The notes beneath the pieces are model-generated. The model did no database searches. It was not told where the DNA came from and saw only the letters and a program-made list of their open reading frames with translations. DNA of 64,000 bases, from assembly GCF_009914755.1 (NCBI RefSeq), contig NC_060925.1; one strand, written 5' to 3'. Of this stretch, positions 36,951-48,700 are shown one piece after another. This stretch comes from the human T2T-CHM13v2.0 reference genome, Homo sapiens. Every line of letters begins with the position of its first letter. Positions within the stretch are counted from its first letter, which is position 1. A program made the position numbers and the translations under genes.

Positions 36951-38341
36951 TTAGTACATGTTTCAAATGAAGGAGATGGATTGGAGAGCTTCTGCTGCTG
37001 AGCTACATCCCTACAATGTGTCCAGAACAAAGGGTACTAGGGCGGCCTGCCTACACCCCTTTGTCCAGCACAGGAAGCCAATTGTTCAGAGCAGGCCAAA
37101 GGTCCACAATGGGCCGAGGACAAACAAACATTTCCCTTGTCTTTTCTTACCTCAACTTGACTCTGCTCTGAACCCTTAAGCACACCCTCCCAGACCTCCC
37201 TGTCTCACCTCCAAATCAACCAGCTCTTCCTTCAGCTCCCATTTTGAAGGTTTTCTACCCCCTCCTTATTACCTACCCCTCACTTTTGACCCGGGCCTAG
37301 TAATAAAATCATGTTTTTCTTCCCACTTTCACTTGGTAGCCCTGCTACCTGTAGAAATGTCCACTTTCCTCACTACAGCATGAGCTCCATGAAGTCATGG
37401 GGAACTGGTCCACCTGCACCGCCAGGGCCCAAGGCTGTACCTGACCCACTTGTGTTTATTGGGTTGAAGTGAATCATGCAATTGCTAGAACCCAAATGGA
37501 CCTGGAAATCAATACCAATCAACTTTCTCACTTTACAGACAAGGGAGTGAAAGACTCAGAAAACCAAAATGACTGGCCAGTGGCCAAATCAGACGAGAGG
37601 CCAGAACCCCTGACTCCTAGATAGCATTTCTCCTACTGCGTCACACTGACTCTCTAAAGAAGCAATGGTCCCTTAGGCCTGGGCCACAGGATCCCTCTGG
37701 AGTTCAGGAGGAAACTGAGTGGCTCCCTCAGAGCCTTCAGCAAGTTTGATGATCCCTTCCCCAGATTCCTCCCACATTCTCTTTCCTGTATTCCCACCCT
37801 CAGGCACTTCCAACTGGGTGAGCTTCTGGATCAGCTGCCTTTCTCTGACACCCTGCCCTGCTCTTTGCCAGCCGTCCTTTCCCTGGCCGCCCTCCCAGCC
37901 CAGACCCATTTCATTGGTCCCTCTCTGATGTCCTTGTACCTTCTGACCCCATTTCTTATCACCCCTCCACTACCCTGCACCCCAGTCTCAACCCCAAGTC
38001 CACTCCTGGGCCCAGCCTCCTGGGTCCAGTCACGGAGAAAAAGTGAACTGTTGCTCCCCTCAGGCCTCACATTCTCCTTTCCAAGGCCATGTTTACACCT
38101 AGGTTCCTCCCACCCAGGTCTGTTGAGCGCTCAGCCTGCCCCCAGGTGACAGCTCAGAACCTCTCTGCTTCAGCCCAAAGGCAAGTGCTCCTGATCAGCT
38201 TTGCTAAATGCTCCATCACCCAAAAGTGGAGAATCCCTTCTCGCAGCCCCCTGCCCTTCCCCCATCATGGCAAGGCAGACCACAGCCAGCTCAATCTCCT
38301 CCCAAAGGAAGGGCCAGCACCATTGCCCCATGGGGCCCTAA

Positions 38342-38788
<447 letters not shown>

Positions 38789-39009
38789 AAATACTCACTT
38801 TTATCTGCTAGGAAATGAGCACTTAATTTCTCAGAAGCTTACCAGGGCTCTTAGGGGACAATAAATACTCTCTGTTGCCACTTACTCCAGCTCAATTTTA
38901 GCCTGTGGGCCTGTGGTGGTTACCCCTGGGAGAAAAAAGAAGAGAAAAGTGGTTGAGAGATAACTCAGGAACAGGACCAAAAGCAAAAGGTAAGAATTCT
39001 ATAAACAAG

Positions 39010-39222
39010 GGCATTGGGTTCTCCAGCTGAGCGCCACAGAAACCAAGTTCCTTGGGGTCCTGGTGAGGTGGTAAGTGGGAGGCTGAGCTGATAGGGCTGA
39101 AAGCCCTCCCCTCAATTCACCTAAAGGAACTCCACACTTAGATCACTTACATATTTTGAATACCTTCAGATTGTATTTGAAAAATGGACACCATTGTTAA
39201 AATCAAGGTTTAAAAAACACTT
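39010..39222 (+). mobile_element. MER112-like hAT element
   Basis: gggaggctgagctgatagggct...gtttaaaaaacact resembles the recalled MER112 consensus. Confidence 0.55.
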
Positions 39223-39439
39223 AACTAGGGTAACTCAAGGAAGATCCCATCTTAGGACTAAGGCAATAGTCCAGTTTGCATGACGGGAACCTGTATTCAT
39301 TCATCCACTAAACAAATACTCTGAGACACTACTATACACCAGGCAATGAATCAAGGTCAGGCTAACCTGGCTTACTGCAGAGACAGAAATATCTGACACT
39401 TCAGGTTAGGACTGGTTCTGAGGATTGGGAGCCTGCCTT

Positions 39440-39910
39440 GGCTTATGTTCCGGGTGTCTAACAAGCCATCCCAAATATAGGGCTGGAAACAACAAGCATT
39501 TATTTTGTTCACAAACATGCAACGTGAGCAGGGTTTGGTGGGGACAGCTCGTTTTGCTCCATGCAGAGAATCATCAGAAGTCTTGCTCATGTGTTTGGCA
39601 GTTAATGCTGGCTTCTGGCTGGGGCCTCAGCTGGAGCTGTCAGCTGAAACATCTAACATGGCTGTCCATGTACTTGTCTGCCTCCCCACAGTGCAGTGGC
39701 TGGGTTCCAACAGTGAGCATCCCAGAAGAGAGAAGTGGCAGCTTCCAGTTTCTTAAGGCCCAGGGCTGGACACTGGCACATTGCTACTTCCCCTATATTC
39801 TAATAGTGAAGTAGTCACAGAGCGCAGATTCAAGGAAAGGGGGCAGAGACCCCACCTCTTGGTGAGAAGAGAGTCAAAGACCTTTGGGGTCCTGTCTTAA
39901 AATTGCCACA
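39440..39910 (-). mobile_element. MLT1F/G-type MaLR LTR
   Basis: aaacaacaagcatttattttgttcac...ccacctcttggtgagaagag...aaaattgccaca. Confidence 0.75.
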
Positions 39911-39914
39911 GCCT

Positions 39915-40060
39915 CAGGGGCCTGTAATCCCAGCTACTTGGGAGGCTGAGGCAGAGAATAGCTTGAACCCAGGAGGTGGAGGTTGCAGTGAGCCAACATC
40001 ACGCCACTGCACTCCAGCCTAGGCAACAGAGCAAGACTCCATCTCAAAAAAAAAAAAAAA
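39915..40060 (+). mobile_element. 5'-truncated AluS (right arm only)
   Basis: gcctgtaatcccagctacttggg...A-tail; 16-bp TSD aaa(a/g)ttgccacagcct at 39899-39914 and 40059-40074. Confidence 0.93.
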
Positions 40061-41537
40061 AGTTGCCACAGCCTGCAAATCGGGAAGAAATGGCTCCAGC
40101 TATGGGGAGGGCTGTAAACCTACTAACCTGTACTCTTTGTCCAGAAAGTACAGTAGTTAAAAGCATGGGTTATGGTAACACTCACCTCTGGACACTCGTA
40201 CTGCCCTATGGGACAACATGAAATTTGCTTATGCCCTCTGGCTTATGGCAGCTTGTCATCAATTCCATGATGCCTACCTTACCCAGTTCCTGGTCCCAAG
40301 AAATACCTAGGCCCCAGACTCAGCACTCTCAATATCTTCCTCCATTCCTTAACTGATTTGGTTTCCAGGTCCCCTTGCCAAGCTGGTCAGCATCCCTGGG
40401 AAATGTCTGTGCTTATATACATTTCTTGGAAAATGCCACCCCACACTCAATGCTCATGTCCCTGAATAGTGCCAGGTGCCAGTGGGCATCATCTCCCTTG
40501 TTGTGGCTACTCCATCAACAGATACAGGCTGATGTCTTCAGCAGTCTCTTGGTTCAGTTACACATACCGACCTTGCAGTAGCCTCAAACTTTCTCCCCTG
40601 TGGTGCTATTAAACCCTAGCCCTTCATTCATAACAAATTCAATTTCACAGTTATTAAGAGGATATCCTGTGCTTAGGCAGTTGACAGTTTGGCACCAAAG
40701 AGTGGGATTCCACATTACCTACACGAGGGGAAAGCTGCAGTGCACTTTCCAGTGTTCCTCTCTTAAGGGCCCTTTAGCTAAAGGATCTTGTTGCCAGAGG
40801 TGCGGCAGTGGCATAGGCAGGAAGTGAAATATTACCTGCACAGTAATTTCCATCAAGTGTAAAATATGCAACAAGACCATGAAATAATCTTGAGATATTC
40901 CAATATCAGATTTCACTTCTCCTGCCAAACCGGCCATCCTTCTCCCTCCTAAGAGAGGACACATCCAAGAAAAGATTTGGCTCCTAAACTGACAGTTGGT
41001 GGCACGCGGCTAGATTTATTGAGAAACACCTAATTAAGCTCCAGAGTAAACTAGCCATCGAGGTGTTTAATTGGCAGCATGTGACTATTAGGGGCTAATT
41101 AAGTTGTTCCCTCGTACTTTAATTAATGTTTGTCATTTGGCCTCTGTATAGCTGGTGCAAGGTTAAGGAAAACAGAAGGGACCTGCCGGCCAGCCCCTAG
41201 ACCAAGTTACTAGCTGTCCCCAGCACCAAGGAGGGCTGAGCAGATGGGACAGCATGTGGGGCATGAAGTTCGTTCACTGTCCAAGCCTCAGAAGTTACTT
41301 TGAATGTACCTAATGAACAATTATTGAGCCTCAACTCTGTGCCAGCCAGGCAGGGAGACAGAGAGGGTAGGAGAGAGAATCTGGTGAAGCCTAGGTTCAA
41401 ATCCCACCTCTGCCCCTCCCTTGTTGTATAATCATGTGCCACCAGGCCTTTCTGAACTTCAATTTTCTTATCTGTAGGATGAAACCAAGAAACACCTACC
41501 TCATACAGCTATTGTTTTAAAATGGAAATCAGATATG

Positions 41538-41800
41538 ATTTCCCAACTACTCAACTCTGCTGTTGTAGCACGCAAACGGCCATAGAGAACATGTAAGTGA
41601 GTGGTTGTGGCTGCATTCCAATAAAATATTTCTGCATACTGAAATTTGAATTGATATAGTTTTCATGTGTCACAAAATATTCTTCTTTGGATTTTTTTCT
41701 GCCGTTTAAAAATGTAAAAGCTATTCTTAGCCCGTGGGCTATATAAACTTAGTCAAGAGACCAGAATTTTGTCCGTGAGCTGTAGTTTGCTAACACTTGG
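41538..41800 (+). mobile_element. MER58B hAT element
   Basis: caactactcaactctgctgttgtagc...gtggctgcattccaataaaa...gctgtagtttgctaacacttg. Confidence 0.85.
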
Positions 41801-42034
41801 GTTAGACAAGGGGAAGAAAAGGATAAAATACTGTGGCTTGCAAGTGAGGTTTAAAATATGATGCTACAGATTAAATCTCATAAATGTTTATGGAAAATGG
41901 CAGGAACTAGATGGGACTGTGGCTGTCAGGGAAGGCTTTGGGGAAGAGGCGAGACTTAGGCTAACTGCTGAGACATAGGAAGCAGCAGGCTAAGTGGAGG
42001 ATAGGAAAGCTTCCCAGGCATGGAAAATAATAGT

Positions 42035-42280
42035 AGTAGTAATAATAACAACAGCTTACTAAGTGTATATGATACGGCAGGCTCGGTTCTTAGTGTTTTG
42101 CAAGCATGGTTTAGCTTAATCCTTGTAGCAACCCTACTAGGAAGTACATTTTATCCCCCTCTTAAAAAAAAGACCAGGGCCAAGAGGGTTAATAATTTGC
42201 CCATATCTGCACGGTCAGCGGCAGAGTCAGAATCTCAGCCTAGGATGTCTGCCTCCAAAGCCCACCCTCCCTCCTACTAT
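42035..42280 (-). mobile_element. MIR
   Basis: ttaatccttgtagcaaccctac...gagggttaataatttgccca. Confidence 0.7.
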
Positions 42281-43672
42281 TCCTCCTCCAGCAACCCCTT
42301 TGATCTCGGTCCCCTCCCATTTCCTATGATCAGATGCTGCCATGTCCCTGGTGTGCCTGTATTCACGTAAATAACCATTTCCTAAATACACTCAATGAAA
42401 AATCAATTACATAGCAAAGTGGCTGAGGTTTGGATAAACAATCTAATTGTTCCCTCTGGGGCTGCAGGCTGAGCAGTCCCTGCTGAGAGAAGAAAGAGCG
42501 TTAACATTTATTAAGAGCTCCGCCTCAGGCACCGATATGTTTTCTTCCTCCTTGACCACTAGGGGTCTGAGCCCATTGGCCAAGCCCCCTACAGAATCCC
42601 AGGGAAGCTGCTGGTCTCATACCACTGGTAGAAGGTGAGAATTCTGTGTTCAAAGTACACCTCTAACCCAGGTAGACTTGAGACTTTGACCCCCAATAGT
42701 GCCTTTCAGATGCCTTACTCAAAGATAAACTCCTGGCTGCCTTCCTCTGATGGATTTGAGGATAGTCTCTCCAGAAGGGCCACCCTGTTTACACCCTGAC
42801 TTGCCCCTCACAGTTCTGTTCCCTTCTACTCAAAATGTTGCAATTAGACGTCCCTTATTTGGAGTCAGGACACTGTCCCTGGTTGATATGCAAAGATCCC
42901 AGGAAGATGTATTCCATCAAAGCTTATCAATCATTAACACCTTGCTGTGAATTGGTTTTCAGGACTTTTCAACCAGACAGGTAATTAAAATTGAGCAATT
43001 GGCTAGAGAAGATGGAAAGTTCAAGTTTACATAGGGCACAGTAGGGGAAGGCTGAAGAACAGCAAAGTGGCCTCTGGCAAGTGAAGTCCTAAAATGAAGG
43101 TATGGTACTTCAAAAGCCTGAGTCGGAGTGGGGCTTATTTCCCCATCTTCCCTTCCAGCCCCCTCTTCCCCACCTTAGTTATTAAAGTCAGTCTTTTGTG
43201 GTGGGTCAGCTGGTGATGCTCAAAAAAATAAGATCTAGTTCCAAACCTGTGACTCCCAAATAATTACAACAGCAGGCAATGTGGCCTGTAGGAAGACAAA
43301 AGCACATCTACCAGTTCTGGAGTAAAGCGATCCAAGGTGTGACCATCCAACCATGGAAGTCATGGGATAACTGAAAGAACACCAAGCAAGGAGTCAAAAG
43401 ACAAAGATTCTAATGCTGGTTCTGTCACATGTGTATTTGCTGCATGACATTGCCTAAGTTCCTTCCCCTCTCTGGGCCTTGGTTTACTCACCCATTGACT
43501 CAGTTATTCATTCAACTTTGTGCCAGCCTTGTGCCATGCCCTGGGGATGAATATAGTGATTAACAGATACCTTTCCTGTTCATATAAAGTTTTCAATCTA
43601 ATATGAGAAATAAACGTGCAAGCAATAATTTCACAGATAATTGCCCTATAAGATGATGAAGTTGGTCTAGAT

Positions 43673-43875
43673 CAGGGGCTTTCAACTCTGGCTATAGATT
43701 AGGACCAACTAGGGGCTTTTAGAAAAAAAAAAAAAAAGATGACTATCTGGGCATTATCTCCAAAGATGATTATTAAATTTGGTAGGGTTCAGGCATAGAT
43801 ATTTTTCTAATTTCCCCAGTGATTGTGGGGAACCAAGGCTGACAGCCACTGTGCAACCAGGGTTGAGAGCCACCA
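43673..43875. mobile_element. MER5A-like hAT MITE
   Basis: caggggctttcaactctggct...ccagggttgagagccacc. Confidence 0.7.
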
Positions 43876-44659
43876 AGGTAGACAATATTTAGCATTTCCT
43901 CCTGCTATAACTTTTTATTTGTCTCTTATATTCTATGAGTAACCTAAGATACATATTCTCTTATATTCCATGTCTTATATTATATTCATATGTCTTATAT
44001 TCTATGAGTAACCTAAGATACATATGTCTACACTGAACCCCAGAATGTAACTATCCTCTGGGGATGTCCTCTGGCTTCGTGTTCTCTGGCTTCATGTTCC
44101 GGCCCACAGGCTGGTACCTTGCTCCCTTAGAGAGACTGCCTGTGAGGGCTACCCTTCTGCCTGTCTCCAGAGTGTTCCAAATGTCAGCCACTCCCCAGGC
44201 CATCCCATCTGTGGGGCCACATCTCTGTGGCCACTCTCCTCATGCCAGTAGGCTCTGGATTCATGCTGGAACTTCTGGGCCCCTTAGACATGGGTTGAGC
44301 TCACTTGTTCAGAGAGCTCCATGCATCAGAATAAGAGGAGGAACTGACAGCCTAGCCTGTCCCTATAGATGCCCTGTGGCAAGACTCATTTCAGATCCCA
44401 AGACTTCTCTCATCCCTCCCTCCTGCCAGGGCTGGGATGAGGGGAAAACAGGAGGAACACCTAGGAGGTGCCCACCCTCAGGGTCGGGCAAGCCCAGATC
44501 AGCACCCAGAGAGGGGGTGCCTTCTTATATTTTGCACCCTGGTCCCCTCACTCACCTCATCCCTGTCCCAGTGCTGCCTCCTGCCCCAGGTTGCCATAAA
44601 TATTGCAGGTCCCTATGAAAGACTAAAGTAGGACACTGTCAACCCCAAGGGCTCCATGA

Positions 44660-45620
44660 AGTTATTCTGTCACTCAGCCAGTATTTATTGTGTATCTCTA
44701 GGTTATAAACGCAAAGCAGACAGAGTTCCTGGCTGTCAGGAACTCACAGCATAATGGGGAAGGAAAACCTATAAGCAAGAAATAACACAAGACTGGCCAG
44801 ACCAAGTCCTATAACAGAGTAACATGTGGAAGGCAGTGGAGGTTGGGATTCCTTACAAAGAGAGATGGTACGGAAGCCTTCAAGGAGAAGGCACAAGTTG
44901 ACTATCCCTTATCCAAAATGCTTGGGACCAGAAGTGTTTTGGATTTTGTATTTATTCAGATTTGGGAATATTTGCATATACATAATGAGATATCTTGGGG
45001 ATAGGACTCAAGTCTAAACATGAAATTCATTTATATTTCACATATATCTTATACACATAGCCTGAAGGTAATTTTATACAGTATTCTTAAATAATTTTGT
45101 TCATGAAACAAAGTTTTGGTTGTGTTTTGACTGTGACCCATCACACGAGGTCAGGCGTGGAATTTTCCACATGTGGCACCATATCGGTGCTCAAAACATT
45201 TCAGATTTTGAAATATTTTGGATTTTGAATTTTCAGATTAGGGATGTGCAACCTGTAGTAGGTTTACCTGGGACTTGGAACTAGGGAGAGAAAACAGAAA
45301 GCTGATAGCAGGCAGAAAACAGCATGAGTCAAGGTGTGGTGTGTTCTGAGGCTAGCAGATGGCTGGGCATCATTAGAGGGTGAGAGACTTGGAAAGAATG
45401 ATGGGAGATGAGGTCACAGAGGAAGAAGACCAGATTTTAGAGAGCCTTGAATACCCTGTGGAGGAGTGCTGGGCTTTGATCTATGGTACACGGTGCATCT
45501 TGGAAGATTTTGAGGCAGAGGAGGAAGGTAATCAGATTTAGCATCACAAATAAAGAATTACATGTTGGGGGAAGTGGACAAGATCAGCAATGGGAAAAGC
45601 AATTGGGAGACCATTTTAAC
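44660..45620 (-). mobile_element. L2, split by Tigger4b
   Basis: cactcagccagtatttattg tail; antisense L2 body resumes after 45257. Confidence 0.7.
44894..45255 (-). mobile_element. Tigger4b (MER46B-like) Tc1/mariner MITE, full length
   Basis: TIRs caagttgactatccctt / tagggatgtgcaacctg; 362 bp; TA at the right end. Confidence 0.88.
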
Positions 45621-46580
45621 AACAGCTGGCAAGTAACGGCTGATTTTCTAAGTCAGGTGCATCAAATGCCAGAGGCTGTTATACTGTGGGCTGGAAAAGT
45701 GGACAGCACCAGGAAGCCAGCCCAGACAGGCACCCTATCATTCCACAAGCATCTGCCAAAGTGCTGGCTTCCGCAGAAAGAAAACCTAAAATCACTGGCT
45801 CAGATGTTCTCTGGGATGGCAGCCTGCAGAGACAATTGTTAGAAATGACATGCAAAACAGTCTCCATGGGTGTTGTGGCCCACATCCTGGGGTACCCTCA
45901 AGCTACCGCTGCTTTGACAAGCTTCTGTCGGGAAGAAAATCTCTTCTCTTCATCCCAGGAAGAAAAGCACCTGCCTGTTAGGTAGTTCTTCAGGTTGGGG
46001 ATTAAAGGGCCCTGCTCTATCAGAGCCCCTAAAGAGGAATGTCCAAATCACTTTGAAAACTCCCTTCCTGCCCTATTCATCTGTGGCTTGAGGATTCCAT
46101 GAGTATAAGATGCAGACACTGGAAACTTTAACTCTCCTAGAGTTCCCTGCTGAAATAAATCCCAGGTGTCTGTAATGAAAGTACTCATTTTGATGGTTCA
46201 CTTTTCTCGATCCACACTGAGAACACCAAGCCCTGGCCACGGTCATCTCTCACCAGGCCCCTGCCTGCTACAGCCTCTGACTCATCTTCCCTGTTTTCAG
46301 TGTTGCTCTCGTTCCTCGTCCCTTTTTCCATGAATAAAGTAAGAATATGGTTTCTGAAGCACATCAGTCTGATCTGATCACATCCCTGCCTGAAATCCTT
46401 CCTGCTGCCTTCAGGATACAGTCAGGCTCCTGTGAAGGGCTCACTGGGACGCTTCATAAGGCTGCCCCATGACCTCCCTAAACCCCAAGCTCAGCAATTA
46501 AAAATCCCTTCCAATTCCCCAAATCCATCGAACTCCCACCTGCCTCTGAGCTCTGTGCAGACCGTTCTTGTTGCTTAGAG

Positions 46581-46901
46581 CAGTGCCAGCCAATAAAAAT
46601 AGAATGGGAGCCACATAGGCAATCGTGAGTTTTCTAGTAGCCACAGTGAAAAAAAGTGAAAGAAAGGAGTGATGGTATCATGAATAACCATATTTTAAAA
46701 TTCAATCTATCCAGAATGTTATCACTTCAACATGGAATCAATATAAAAATGATTAATGAGATAGTTTACATTTTTTTCCATACCAAGTCTTCCAAATCTG
46801 GTGTGTATTCCACACTTACAGCACATCTCAGTGTGGACTTGCCAAGTTTTCAAGTGCTCGACAGTCGCATGTGGCTAATGGCTACCATAGTGGAAACACA
46901 G
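46581..46901. mobile_element. MER33 hAT element, full length
   Basis: cagtgccagccaata...catgtggctaatggctaccatagtggaaacacag; 8-bp TSD gcttagag/gcctagag. Confidence 0.88.
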
Positions 46902-47024
46902 GCCTAGAGCCCCGCTGCTTCTACCCCACCCAGCTCTCTACCCTGTGGTTTAGGTCTCAGCAGCAAGGCCCGGCCTCTCGTCCTGTCTGTCCTGGTGCTC
47001 CTCCTCTGTGCTCCCGTAGCTCTC

Positions 47025-47343
47025 TGTCTTAGTCCATTCAAGCCACAATAACAAATTACCATAGGACTGGGCAGCCTGTAAGCAATAGAAATGTATTTCC
47101 CACTGTTCTGGAGGCAAGTTCAAGACTGGTCAGGTTCTGGTGAGGACTCTCTTCCAGCTGTGGACTGCAAACTTCTCAGTGTATCCTCACTTGGTGGAAC
47201 CGGTGAGGGTCTCTCTTATGAGTGTCCTTCTGAGGCCCCACCCTCATGACCTGCTACTTCCCCAAAGGCCCTTTACCCTAATACCATCACCTTGGGCTTC
47301 AGCATATGAATGTTGTGGGGACACAAACATCCAGACCATAGCA
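47025..47343 (-). mobile_element. MLT1A/MSTD-type MaLR LTR
   Basis: tgtcttagtccattca...gggacacaaacatccagaccatagca; TSD ctctc/ctccc. Confidence 0.85.
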
Positions 47344-47639
47344 CTCCCTACAGCCCCTCTTGCAACTCTCACACTGAATTGCAAAAGCCTGTGTTCTTAT
47401 CTGAATCTGAGACTGTCAGCTCCATGAGGGCAAGGACTGTATTTGTCTTCTTTATCATTCAACTTCAACACTGAGCCTAGCAGCAAACTATATATGTTGT
47501 ATAGAACAAATCAGTATCTGTTGAAAGAAGAAAAATAGTCTCCTGTGTCCTCACCTGTCACTGGGAGATACTAATATACTTTGGAAATTCCCTTAAAGAT
47601 TCCCTTCTACTTGACCCTCTCTCTCTCCACCATCTATGT

Positions 47640-48700
47640 GTACATGCACACATGCTCGCACTCATTGCACACAAATGCTCACACTCATTACATACTCTCA
47701 CACTCACACACTTGCACAGTAGCATTACGCACATATGCCATACACTCTCGAACCCTCTCACACTGCCTCACACTCACTGAAACACGCTCATGTGTACACA
47801 CCTCTGCACATACACATACTCACACATATTTACACACGCACTCACACATCCATACGTACACTCACACACATTGCAGAGGTTAGTGAGAGGCCCAGAGAGG
47901 TCTTCATTTGCTCCAGGTCACACAGCACAACTGGGGCAGGCCTGGCACTATATCCCAAGGTGACTGCTTAGGTGACCACACTGCCCCCCACTGGACTAAC
48001 AGGACCACAAGATGTAAAAGTGTGTCTGGGTACATTAACAGTGATTTCTGTTTGCCACCAACCAGTGACTAATGCCATACCTGATCGTCAATGAAGTATA
48101 TTTCTAGGTTTTTGTGCTATTCAGACAAGTTGCCCTGGCTGAGGTGCCTCAGAGAAAAACCCCGCTGATCCCCAGGGCAGGCAGAGTTTTGCTGACACAG
48201 CAGTGGGCAGCCAGGGTTTCATGCTGACCTGCCAGGACCTGGCACCTTCTCCTCCTCGACAAAGAAGGGGCTGAACCATCTCCATTAAAAAAATCACATC
48301 TCTCCCAGTCTCCTAGAAGGAAAGCAAGACTTTTGGCCTAGGTGAGGGGAGCTGTACATGATATCCTAGAGCAGTAGTCTTAAAACTGGGGTACACAGTT
48401 GTGCTGTGTGACCTGGAGCAAATGAAAGACCTCTCTGAGCCTTCTAACAACTTCTGCAATGTGGGTAAGTGCAGGTGTGTGTGAGTGAAGAAAAGGTGAG
48501 TGTGCGTACATGTGTGGATGTGTGTGTTTTGGTGTGTGAGTGTGAAAGTGTATGAAAGAGTTTGTGAGTGTATATGGATGACGGTGTGTACGTAGGTGAG
48601 CCTGTGAGTATACATCCGTGTGTACAACAGTGTTTGTAGGTGTGAAGGTGTGTGTTTGGGAATGTTTGGTGTGTGTGAGCTTGTGAGTGTGAGTGTGTGG
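47640..48700. repeat. Imperfect inverted repeat (CA-rich + MIR-derived arms)
   Basis: 47903-47933 is the exact reverse complement of 48396-48426; cores 47867-47933 and 48396-48463; outer CA-rich and TG-rich arms. Confidence 0.9.

Larger units (their letters stand above)
46200..47530 (+). mobile_element. L2, split by MER33 and a MaLR LTR
   Basis: L2 body and tail gctccatgagggcaaggactg...tatctgttgaa. Confidence 0.7.

Noticed and set aside
41219-41239. REST/RE1-like cagcaccaaggaggg
   Set aside because: The right half-site deviates at two positions and the 5' flank is poor
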